Source: a bacterium (GTDB lineage: Bacteria > Patescibacteriota > Gracilibacteria > UBA1369 > GCA-2718715). From it: DNA of 64,000 nucleotides. Positions 9,690-17,970 of this stretch are shown in pieces; the first letter of the stretch is position 1, and each line of letters begins with the position of its first letter. Made by a program: the position numbers and the translations under genes. The DNA is taken from the NCBI GenBank assembly GCA_018662325.1, contig JABJGM010000007.1, positions 69,305-133,304 on the forward strand, in the 5' to 3' direction. The notes under the pieces were generated by a model. The model searched no databases and was not told the DNA's origin. It worked only from the letters and a program-made list of their open reading frames with translations.

Positions 9690-10409
9690 CTATTTGATTT
9701 GAATCCAGACTTCATTTCTTCTTAAAAAAGGAAGGGTATAAGGACCATTATAAGCTGCATAGATAGCACCGTCTTCGTAAGAAAGATTATTAGAATCTAA
9801 AATTTCAACCAGCTGGGAATACTTCTCCTTCATCTTCCTAGAACCCATAAACCCTGAATAACGAATCACAGCCAACTTTTGACCTTCAACTTTTTGAATA
9901 TCAACCTTAGAATCATTAGGAATGATACTTGGATCAAAATCACTCGGCAAAACAAAAGCCATACCATTAAAATCATAATCCTTCACAGGAGCCGTCATAT
10001 CTAACTTCACAGGAGCTGTCATGTCTAATTTCACGGGAGCTGTCATGTCTAACTTCACAGGAGCTGTCATATCTAACTTCACAGGAGCTGCCATATCTAA
10101 CTTCACAGGAGCCGTCATGTCTAATTTCACGGGAGCTGTCATGTCTAAAGACTCAGAATCGCTGGAACCTGAAACACTATTTTCTCCAGAGATAAAATTA
10201 AACAATTTTCTAAAAGCTTGATTTTCATATCTACTATCTTCATAGCTAACATAGGCTTGATAATAACCTTCATACTGTCGTACTTCAACATTACTACCTA
10301 AATCTTGAACAACCTCATAATTAGGTGATTCTATTGAGTAATCAAAAAAGAACAAAAAGCCAAAGTAAACAATAGCAACCAGTAATAAAAATGATAAAAA
10401 ATATCGCAT
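9690..10409 (-). CDS. SOUL heme-binding family protein with signal/anchor and expanded MTAPV repeat
   Basis: E.PNYEV, EVRQY, AFRKLFNFISGEN, MTAPV, YNGPYTLPFLRRNEV. Confidence 0.9.
   Translation of the reverse strand: MRYFLSFLLLVAIVYFGFLFFFDYSIESPNYEVVQDLGSNVEVRQYEGYYQAYVSYEDSRYENQAFRKLFNFISGENSVSGSSDSESLDMTAPVKLDMTAPVKLDMAAPVKLDMTAPVKLDMTAPVKLDMTAPVKLDMTAPVKDYDFNGMAFVLPSDFDPSIIPNDSKVDIQKVEGQKLAVIRYSGFMGSRKMKEKYSQLVEILDSNNLSYEDGAIYAAYNGPYTLPFLRRNEVWIQIK
9981..10148 (-). repeat. 7 x 24-bp in-frame tandem repeat encoding LDMTAPVK
   Basis: Units such as cttcacaggagctgtcatgtctaa on the + strand, seven copies. Confidence 0.97.
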
Positions 10410-10578
10410 AGTAAAAACTTAAATTACGTAAATAATAACAAAAAAAATAGTATTCACAAACTCTAAGAAAAAAAATTTTTGTCCAGAGTATTCAGATTGG
10501 TTAATATAAAAACGCAACTAAGTTGCACTCTTTGAAACAAATGATAAATTAGCCATGTGAATTAATTTAAAAACAAAA

Positions 10579-10883
10579 ATGCAAATTAAAAAGAAGGAAA
10601 AAGAAAAAGCTATCATACGCCCAGAAAACACAAAAAGACATCTGAAATATACAAAGCTTCAGTTGTTGTCAGGAGTGCAATTATTGCAAATATTGTCCCC
10701 TACGGACACATGGCACTTGAACCATTAGGCGTTTCGCACAGAGTAGCCGAAGAGATAAGCTTAGTTACGGCAGGATTACTTTTTACTCTAGAAATGATAG
10801 CTATGGATATTCGAATTACAATCGAGAATATCAAAGAAAAAACAAAAAAAATTCGCAACACAATCTCAAAACAAAAAGACTAA
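10579..10883 (+). pseudogene. Possible frameshifted small membrane protein, or a 57-aa ORF from ATG 10710
   Basis: The ATG10579 frame stops after 49 codons; the -1 frame is open from about 10590 to TAA 10883 and has a hydrophobic segment. Confidence 0.35.
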
Positions 10884-10911
10884 AAAAAGCCTTTTATAAA
10901 AGCTTTTGAAG

Positions 10912-10988
10912 TGGCGGGATCGACGGGATTTGAACCCGCGACCTCCTGCGTGACAGGCAGGCGTTCTAACCAGCTGAACTACGACCCC
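10912..10988 (-). tRNA. tRNA-Asp(GTC), CCA encoded
   Basis: GGGGTCGTAGTTCAGCTGGTTAGAACGCCTGCCTGTCACGCAGGAGGTCGCGGGTTCAAATCCCGTCGATCCCGCCA. Confidence 0.98.
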
Positions 10989-11086
10989 TATTGAGATTTG
11001 TATAGCTATATTATTCTACCAGAGAAAAAAGTCAACCCTTTTTTTAAAACTTTAAAAATGATAAATTGAAATAAATAATCACTAAA

Positions 11087-12187
11087 ATGAAAATAGGAAT
11101 TGACTGTCGTATGCTCGGAGATAAATTTACCGGAATCGGTGTTTATTTAGAAAATCTCGTAAAAAAATTAAACGAAATAGACTCCAAGAATCAGTATGTT
11201 CTTTTTGAGAATAATCAAAATCCAATCAAGTTAGAACTCAAAAAAAACTTTAAAATCAAAACAGTTAATTGTCCTATATACAGTTTAAAAGAACAATTTT
11301 TATTTCCTTTTTATCTATATAAAGAAAATTGTAATTTAGTTCATTTTCCACACTTTAATGCACCTTTGCTTTATCTAAAAAAGAACATATTAACTATACA
11401 CGATTTGACTCTACATATGTTTCCAGGAAAAAAATATTCAAAATTATACCACAAAGCTGCTTACTTAATAAGCTTTATAGGAAATTGCATGAAAGCCAAA
11501 AAAATAATTTGTGTAAGCCAAAACACACTTCAAGACCTAACAAGTAAATATTCATTTCTTAAAAAGAAATCGGAAAAAATTCTATTAGGATCTAACTTTC
11601 CAGAAATTCAAGAAAGTAAGCAGAAAAAAAACTACATACTATATTATGGAAATTGGAAGTCTCACAAAAATATAGAAACACTAGTCAAAGGATTTGATAT
11701 TCTTAAAGAAGATTATAATTTTAGCGGAAAATTATTATTAACCGGAAAACCCAGCCGTGAATACACTGCACCTTTGAATCAAATCAGAAAGTCGAAATTT
11801 AAAAAAGACATTATAAAACTCGGTCACGTTTCAAAAATGGATTTAGTAAAGTACATTCAAGAAGCAAAATTAGTAGTGATTCCATCGTATTATGAAGGAT
11901 TTGGACTTCAGATTTTAGAGTCTTTAGCCAACAAAACAAATGTAATTGCCTCCAATACTTCTTCCCTACCTGAAGTTGGAAAAGACGCTTGTTTATACTT
12001 TGACCCAAATGACCCTCAAGAGCTAAGCTTAAGAGCAAATCAAATTTTAACAGATCCAAAAAAAGCAGATAAACTAGTTAAGAAGTATCATAAATTTAAA
12101 TTAGATTTTTCTTATTTAAAGATGACAAAAAAAACACTTGAAATTTACTTAAGCACAATCAAACAAAGCAATGGTCTGTCAAAATAG
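11087..12187 (+). CDS. Glycosyltransferase family 4
   Basis: MKIGIDCR..TGIGVY, TIHDL, HKN, PSYYEGFGLQILES, SSLPEV. Confidence 0.93.
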   Translation: MKIGIDCRMLGDKFTGIGVYLENLVKKLNEIDSKNQYVLFENNQNPIKLELKKNFKIKTVNCPIYSLKEQFLFPFYLYKENCNLVHFPHFNAPLLYLKKNILTIHDLTLHMFPGKKYSKLYHKAAYLISFIGNCMKAKKIICVSQNTLQDLTSKYSFLKKKSEKILLGSNFPEIQESKQKKNYILYYGNWKSHKNIETLVKGFDILKEDYNFSGKLLLTGKPSREYTAPLNQIRKSKFKKDIIKLGHVSKMDLVKYIQEAKLVVIPSYYEGFGLQILESLANKTNVIASNTSSLPEVGKDACLYFDPNDPQELSLRANQILTDPKKADKLVKKYHKFKLDFSYLKMTKKTLEIYLSTIKQSNGLSK

Positions 12188-12250
12188 AATGCTTTAAGAA
12201 AAATTAAAAATGGTTTATAAATTTAGTAGGCGAAAGTTTAATTTACAGAT

Positions 12251-12529
12251 ATGTTTGTGAGCCTTAATTCAGTCTTCGAAAAAGTTTCAAATAGAAGAAA
12301 TATGAAGCAAACTTTGGATAAAACCTATCTTTGTTTCAAATTTCAAAACTTTTTAAAAGAACAAGGCTTTGACTGTAAGGTAAGCAAAGTTCACTTGAAT
12401 AGCGTATATATTCAAGAAGAAAATCCATGCATTAAACAGGCATTAATTTTTAAAAGGGATAAAATTTTAGCGGAATTCAATCAATCTCAAAATTTACAAA
12501 AAATCAATAAAATTGCCTTTTTAAAATAA
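12251..12529 (+). CDS. DUF721/DciA-like protein
   Basis: 92 aa; VYIQ..NPCIKQALIFKRDKILAEFN..INKIAF pattern resembles DUF721. Confidence 0.55.
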   Translation: MFVSLNSVFEKVSNRRNMKQTLDKTYLCFKFQNFLKEQGFDCKVSKVHLNSVYIQEENPCIKQALIFKRDKILAEFNQSQNLQKINKIAFLK

Positions 12530-12596
12530 TTCAGCTTGACTATTTCAATAGTGCTTGGTATTTTACTTTCACTTTATATACATAACTCTAAGACAA

Positions 12597-12908
12597 TTGT
12601 TAGTAATAAGATTACAACGTACAGGTCGGCGAAATTTAGCAACATATAGAATTGTTGTGGCCGAAAAAAGTGCTGCGGTAAAGAAAAAAATCGTAGAGGC
12701 GGTTGGACACTACCTACCAACTCAAACTCCAAAAGTTTTGGAAGCTAATCAAGAAAGAATCACTTACTGGATTTCACAAGGTGCACAACCTTCTCCAACA
12801 GCTGCTTCTTTACTTAAAAGCTTAGGAATGAAAGACATGGATAAATACATGACTAAACCTAACAAAAAAGGTAAAAAGAAAAAAGCAACTGAAGAAGCTG
12901 CAGCTTAA
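12597..12908 (+). CDS. rpsP: 30S ribosomal protein S16
   Basis: TTG start at 12597 gives MLVIRLQRTGRRN..YRIVVA..YWISQGAQPS. Confidence 0.96.
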   Translation: MLVIRLQRTGRRNLATYRIVVAEKSAAVKKKIVEAVGHYLPTQTPKVLEANQERITYWISQGAQPSPTAASLLKSLGMKDMDKYMTKPNKKGKKKKATEEAAA

Positions 12909-12954
12909 TAAGCATATAAGTAAAAAACTAGCTTAATATCCCTAACTTTTTAAA

Positions 12955-13260
12955 ATGACAGAAGCACACAAAGATAGAGATTTCATTGAATTTGTTGTCA
13001 AAAACATTGTAGACAATCCAGACGAAGTAGAAATCGAAAGAAATATTGACGACCTAGGAGTTTTAGTTACTCTAAAAGTTGCAAAAGAAGACATGGGTAA
13101 AATTATCGGTAAAGGCGGACAAACTGCTAAAGCTATGAGAATTTTACTAAGATTAATCGGATCAAGAACTGAAAATAGAGTGAACTTGAAAATCTTAGAA
13201 CCAGACGGGGCTGAAGTAGAACTTCCAAACGCTGGACTAGACGAAGATCTTGGAGTTTAG
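12955..13260 (+). CDS. khpA: KH-domain RNA-binding protein KhpA
   Basis: IVDNPDEV, DMGKIIGKGGQTAKAMR; conserved position downstream of rpsP. Confidence 0.9.
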   Translation: MTEAHKDRDFIEFVVKNIVDNPDEVEIERNIDDLGVLVTLKVAKEDMGKIIGKGGQTAKAMRILLRLIGSRTENRVNLKILEPDGAEVELPNAGLDEDLGV

Positions 13261-13303
13261 TTTGATTCCAAAATTGAATTCTGATAAACTCATTACATAA
13301 GTA

Positions 13304-13720
13304 ATGAGTTTTTTTATGTTAAATTTTTTATACTCTCCAATCTTTTTACAAATAACCAAAGGGTCACTGTTAGACACCTCTCAAAACCTTGGAATGATGG
13401 AAGTTCTAAATAGAGCTATAGCCTTTGGGATGATAGGAGCTGGTACACTTTGTATTGCATTTATATTCTGGGGAGGAATCAGTTTTATACTATCTGGAGG
13501 TGATGAAGAGAAAATTAAATCAGCTGTATCAACAATAAGATATTCTATCTTTGGTTTAATAATTACGATCCTTTCAGTAATAGTAGTTAATGCAGTCGGA
13601 AGAGTAGTTGGTATAAACACAACTGAATATATAAAATTCGAAAACATAGTACAGACAATTCAAAATATCACTCAAGACATTTCATCAGATTCAACTAGCA
13701 ACCAAAGATCTTTAGATTAA
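13304..13720 (+). CDS. Pilin-like (TrbC/VirB2-type) two-TM protein
   Basis: FIFWGGISFILSGGDEEKIKSAVSTIRYSIFGLII motif of CPR pilin-like proteins. Confidence 0.75.
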   Translation: MSFFMLNFLYSPIFLQITKGSLLDTSQNLGMMEVLNRAIAFGMIGAGTLCIAFIFWGGISFILSGGDEEKIKSAVSTIRYSIFGLIITILSVIVVNAVGRVVGINTTEYIKFENIVQTIQNITQDISSDSTSNQRSLD

Positions 13721-13732
13721 GGCAATCATAAA

Positions 13733-14119
13733 TTAGACTCTCTTTAAAACCTCTTGAACTTCTTTTAAGAGGTTTTTCCAATCAAATGGAAATTTATAAG
13801 TTTCAACAGCTCGAATCACGGCAGCAAATTGGGAAAACATTGAATTGTCAACATATAAAAAAGCAAAACCAACTTCACGGTTAGCATCAAATTCAACAAA
13901 CATTTGATTTTCTTTATAAACAATAGGCACCATAGGTTTTAATTTCAAAGCTTGCATAGCTTGATCTTCCATGTTTTTTTCAATTAACAATATATCCCCT
14001 TCTAATTCAGAAATATTTTCAAAATCCTGGAAAAAACACACATTAATACCTTCTTTATTAAAAGCATTTATCAGCTCCGTATCAAAATTACCCAATAAAA
14101 CGACTTTTGGTTTAACCAT
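13733..14119 (-). CDS. Hypothetical protein resembling the C-terminal part of glycogen synthase
   Basis: VPIV..EFDANREVGFAF..AAVIRAVETYKFPFDWKNL. Confidence 0.55.
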   Translation of the reverse strand: MVKPKVVLLGNFDTELINAFNKEGINVCFFQDFENISELEGDILLIEKNMEDQAMQALKLKPMVPIVYKENQMFVEFDANREVGFAFLYVDNSMFSQFAAVIRAVETYKFPFDWKNLLKEVQEVLKRV

Positions 14120-14174
14120 TTAAATTTATTTTTATATCAAACTATTATATCATAGATTTAAATTAATTAAAACA

Positions 14175-15083
14175 ATGAAAACTGCACTCTATATTGACGG
14201 AACTGGCGTTTTTTTTCGTGGCTACTACGGTCTACCACCACTAAAAAATTCAAAAGGACAATACCTACAAGGAATAATTGGCTTTTTTAACATTCTATTC
14301 AGAACCCTAGAAACCTACAAACCTGACTATTTTGCAATCTGCTTTGATAGATCCGAAGAAACAGTCCGAAAGCAAGAATACCCAGAATACAAGGCCAACC
14401 GAAGCAAAGCTCCCGACGATTTGTACGCACAGATGGTTACCCTCAAAGAAATTCTAGAAAACAGCAATTTAAATTATTTAGATCAAGCTGGATACGAAGC
14501 CGATGATATAATAGCTAGTTTAGTTAAACAAAATGTAAAAAATGTAGATCATCAATATGTTTATTCTTCAGATTTAGACCTTTTACAATTAAGCGATGAA
14601 AAAACCAGCATAATTAAACCTCAAAACGGTTCAAAACCAGATTTAATTTTCACACCCAAAGAGATTCATGAAAAATATGAATTACACCCAAACCAAATTG
14701 TAGACTACAAGGGACTAAATGGAGATTCATCAGATAATTTAAAGGGAGTTCCAAAAGTAGGTAAAAAAACAGCAACTAAATTGTTAAATGAATTTCAAAA
14801 TTTAGAAACAATCTACGAAAATCTAAATACATTGACTCCAAAGATGCAGGAAAATTTTATTAACAATAAAGAACAGGCATTTTTATGTAAAAAACTTGCA
14901 ACATTAATAGTTGATTTAAAGACTCCTCAAGTTCAAGAATTGAGTTATAGACAAATAAAAACTCAAAACCTGAGAAATTATTTTAATATGTTAGAGCTTA
15001 ACAAAGCTAAAGTTCTACTTGACAGGTTAATCGATTCACAACCTGAATTGCAAAGCCAACGCAGTCAAGATTCACTATTCTAA
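14175..15083 (+). CDS. Stand-alone 5'-3' exonuclease (Pol I N-terminal domain)
   Basis: IDG..FRGYY, YKANR, GYEADDII, DLDLLQL, GDSSDNLKGVPKVGKKTA; no polymerase domain. Confidence 0.92.
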   Translation: MKTALYIDGTGVFFRGYYGLPPLKNSKGQYLQGIIGFFNILFRTLETYKPDYFAICFDRSEETVRKQEYPEYKANRSKAPDDLYAQMVTLKEILENSNLNYLDQAGYEADDIIASLVKQNVKNVDHQYVYSSDLDLLQLSDEKTSIIKPQNGSKPDLIFTPKEIHEKYELHPNQIVDYKGLNGDSSDNLKGVPKVGKKTATKLLNEFQNLETIYENLNTLTPKMQENFINNKEQAFLCKKLATLIVDLKTPQVQELSYRQIKTQNLRNYFNMLELNKAKVLLDRLIDSQPELQSQRSQDSLF

Positions 15084-15296
15084 ACTAAAAACAAGCTAAA
15101 ACACATAAAGCTTTTTAAATCAAGTTAAATCTGATTAAGCAAATTTCAAAGCCATAAAATAGATTCTTGGCTTTACAAAAACTAATAAACTGAACACATT
15201 TAAGGTACAAAGAGGTTTTGTGCTTAAATACAAGCAAAATTCAGATTGCATAATCAAAAATTTTCCATTAATTTGATTATACATTTAAATTAAACT

Positions 15297-16538
15297 ATGG
15301 CAGGAAATCGAAATTTTGTAAGTATTGATATTGGAAGCCACACTATTCGTACAGTTGTCGGTATTTTAGACGATAATTCAAGTACTCCTCAAATTCTTGG
15401 AGTGGGAATAGCTCCCTCTGAAGGGATTAGAAAGAGTATGGTTGTTGATATTGAAGAAGCAATCAGAAGTATCTCTTTAAGTCTAGAAGATGCTGAAAGG
15501 TTAAGTGGTGAGCCAATCAATCACGTTTTTGTTGGAATGGGTGGACACCATCTAGAAAGCTACAACTCAAAAGGAGTTATTGCAATTTCAAACCCAAACG
15601 GAGAAATTATGGAAGACGACATAGATCGTTCTCTAGAAGCAGCACAAGCTGTGGCGATTCCGAATAACCGAAAAATTTTAAGAATTATCCCAAGAACATT
15701 TACAGTAGACGATCAAGAAGGAATTAAATACCCAGTAGGAATGACAGGAATTAGACTAGAGGTTGATGCTCATATAGTTACAGGAATGACTCCTGGCGTT
15801 AAAAACCTAGAAAAATGTATATTCGAATCGGGAGTAGACATCGATGATGTTGTTCCAAACGGATTAGCTGCTGCCGAAGCTGTACTTCAAAGAAGACAAA
15901 AAGAACTTGGAGTAGTAGTACTTGATATAGGTTGTGGTTCTACAAATATGACTGTTTACGAAGAAGGAACAATTTTACACTCTAAAGTTCTTCCAATTGG
16001 AGGAGAATCAGTAACAAACGATGTAGCAATTGGACTAAAAAGTTCAATCGAAAGTGCTGAAAAAATTAAAATTGAATACGGAACTTGTAAACCAGAAGAT
16101 ATTGATTCAAAAGAACAAATTGATTTATCTTTGATTTCAAAAGTAGATCTACATCAAGTTTCACGAAAAACTTTATCTCAAATCATTCAAGCCAGATATC
16201 AAGAAATTTTAGAACTTGCTAAAAACGAATTAATTGCAATCAACAGAGATGGAACACTTCCAGCTGGAGTTGTAATTACAGGGGGTGGATCAAAAATGCA
16301 AGGTTTAATTGACCTTTCAAGAGACACTCTTAAATTACCTGCTCAAATCGGTTTCCCTCAAAACTTCCAAGGAGTTTTAGAACAAGTTGATGACCCAAGT
16401 TATTCAACTGCAATTGGACTACTAATTTGGGGTAGCCGGTTCTCGGATACTCAAGGTTCAAGCTTAGGCTTTAGTAACGTTGACTTTTCCAAGGTAGCTG
16501 ATACACTAAAATCCTGGCTTAAAAATTTGATGCCTTAA
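15297..16538 (+). CDS. ftsA: Cell division protein FtsA
   Basis: SIDIGS, GIRLEV, LDIGCGST, GVVITGGGS; C-terminal amphipathic helix. Confidence 0.98.
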   Translation: MAGNRNFVSIDIGSHTIRTVVGILDDNSSTPQILGVGIAPSEGIRKSMVVDIEEAIRSISLSLEDAERLSGEPINHVFVGMGGHHLESYNSKGVIAISNPNGEIMEDDIDRSLEAAQAVAIPNNRKILRIIPRTFTVDDQEGIKYPVGMTGIRLEVDAHIVTGMTPGVKNLEKCIFESGVDIDDVVPNGLAAAEAVLQRRQKELGVVVLDIGCGSTNMTVYEEGTILHSKVLPIGGESVTNDVAIGLKSSIESAEKIKIEYGTCKPEDIDSKEQIDLSLISKVDLHQVSRKTLSQIIQARYQEILELAKNELIAINRDGTLPAGVVITGGGSKMQGLIDLSRDTLKLPAQIGFPQNFQGVLEQVDDPSYSTAIGLLIWGSRFSDTQGSSLGFSNVDFSKVADTLKSWLKNLMP

Positions 16539-16604
16539 TTAGTCAAAAAAAATTAAGAATCAATAGAAAGTTTCGGACTTAAACCATTTATAAACCCTAT
16601 TTGC

Positions 16605-17855
16605 ATGACACAAAACAATAGATCGCACAACACTGAAGATACACTAAGACAATTGTTTTCTGGTTCAAAAAACAAAGCTAAAGCAATGGAAGTTGCACCA
16701 GAAATCACGCCAGTTGCTAGAATTAAAGTAATTGGTGTAGGAGGAGGAGGATCCAATGCGGTTAACCGAATGATCAAGTCTCAACTTCAAGGAGTTGAGT
16801 TTATTGCCATCAATACAGATGCGCAAGCTTTATATTATTCGGATGCAGATACCAAAATCAATATTGGTAAATCTACTACTCGTGGTCTTGGAGCAGGATC
16901 AGCTCCATCAGTTGGTAAACAATCAGCTGAAGAATCTTCTGAAGAAATCAAACAAGCTTTAGATCAAACAGACATGGTATTTATTACCTGTGGTCTAGGT
17001 GGTGGTACTGGTACAGGTGCCGCTCCAGTAGTAGCAGAAATTGCTAAAGAACTTGGAATCCTAACAGTTGGAGTAGTTACAGAACCATTTGGCTTTGAAG
17101 GACCAAGAAGAAGAAATCAAGCCGAAGACGGACTTTTGGCTCTTAAAGAAAAAGTTGATACATTAATTACTATTCCAAACGATAGAATTAAAAACATTAT
17201 CGACAAAAAAACTCCATTAATGGAAGCCTTTACAGTTGTAGATGACGTGTTAAGACAAGGTGTACAAGGAATCTCGGATCTTATTACAGTTCACGGTATG
17301 ATCAATGTCGATTTCGCCGATGTTAAAACTGTAATGGAAAATGCTGGATCTGCCCTTATGGGAATTGGATTTGGAACGGGTGAAGAAAGAGCAGTTGAAG
17401 CTGCTAAAGCTGCAATTGCAAGTCCCCTACTTGAAATGGATATTGATGGTGCTAGAGGAATTCTATTCAATGTTACAGGTGGATCTGACCTTTCTATGTT
17501 TGAAGTTGATGAAGCTGCGAAAATTATTACAGAAGCTGCAGACCCAGAAGCAACAATTATCTTTGGTGCTGTAATCAATGAAAATTATACTGGTGAAGTT
17601 AAAATTACTGTAGTTGCAACTGGTGTTGACGAAGCTGCCAAGAAAAGAAAACTTCAACAAAAAGGTTTTCATGCTCAAAGCTTAAACAATCAAAACCACT
17701 CGCAAAATTTAAGCTCTAACTCACAAAATAGTTCAAGCGGACACCAAGATCAGCTTTTGAATTTTGGACCATCTAAAGGATCATCAGTTGCTCCAAAACC
17801 AGAAGATGAACTAGACATCCCTGCTTTCATTAGAAACAACATGAAAAAGAACTAA
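16605..17855 (+). CDS. ftsZ: Cell division protein FtsZ
   Basis: [27 protein letters not shown]-terminal LDIPAFIR. Confidence 0.99.
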   Translation: MTQNNRSHNTEDTLRQLFSGSKNKAKAMEVAPEITPVARIKVIGVGGGGSNAVNRMIKSQLQGVEFIAINTDAQALYYSDADTKINIGKSTTRGLGAGSAPSVGKQSAEESSEEIKQALDQTDMVFITCGLGGGTGTGAAPVVAEIAKELGILTVGVVTEPFGFEGPRRRNQAEDGLLALKEKVDTLITIPNDRIKNIIDKKTPLMEAFTVVDDVLRQGVQGISDLITVHGMINVDFADVKTVMENAGSALMGIGFGTGEERAVEAAKAAIASPLLEMDIDGARGILFNVTGGSDLSMFEVDEAAKIITEAADPEATIIFGAVINENYTGEVKITVVATGVDEAAKKRKLQQKGFHAQSLNNQNHSQNLSSNSQNSSSGHQDQLLNFGPSKGSSVAPKPEDELDIPAFIRNNMKKN

Positions 17856-17879
17856 GAACTCTTCATTCAAACTAAACTC

Positions 17880-17913
17880 AAAAACCCCGAGCCTTAACTC
17901 TCAGGGTTTTTTT
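17880..17913 (+). terminator. Intrinsic terminator after ftsZ
   Basis: AAAACCCCGAG...CTCAGGGTTTT plus T-run. Confidence 0.65.
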
Positions 17914-17942
17914 ATTTATTCTTAACAGCAATATTTATTTAC

Positions 17943-17965
17943 AAAAAAAAGGAGCAAATTGCTCC
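17943..17965 (-). terminator. Intrinsic terminator after the 1720-aa gene
   Basis: GGAGCAA-A-TTGCTCC inverted repeat with A8 on the + strand (U-tract on -). Confidence 0.7.
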
Positions 17966-17970
17966 CTTGA

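Noticed and set aside
9981-10148. 24-bp repeat as a CRISPR array
   Set aside because: The units are directly adjacent with no spacers, are in frame within a SOUL gene, and no cas genes are present
10021-10221. Plus-strand ORF with repeated MSNFTGAV as a RiPP precursor
   Set aside because: It is the antisense shadow of the SOUL repeat; the variation is synonymous in the minus-strand frame
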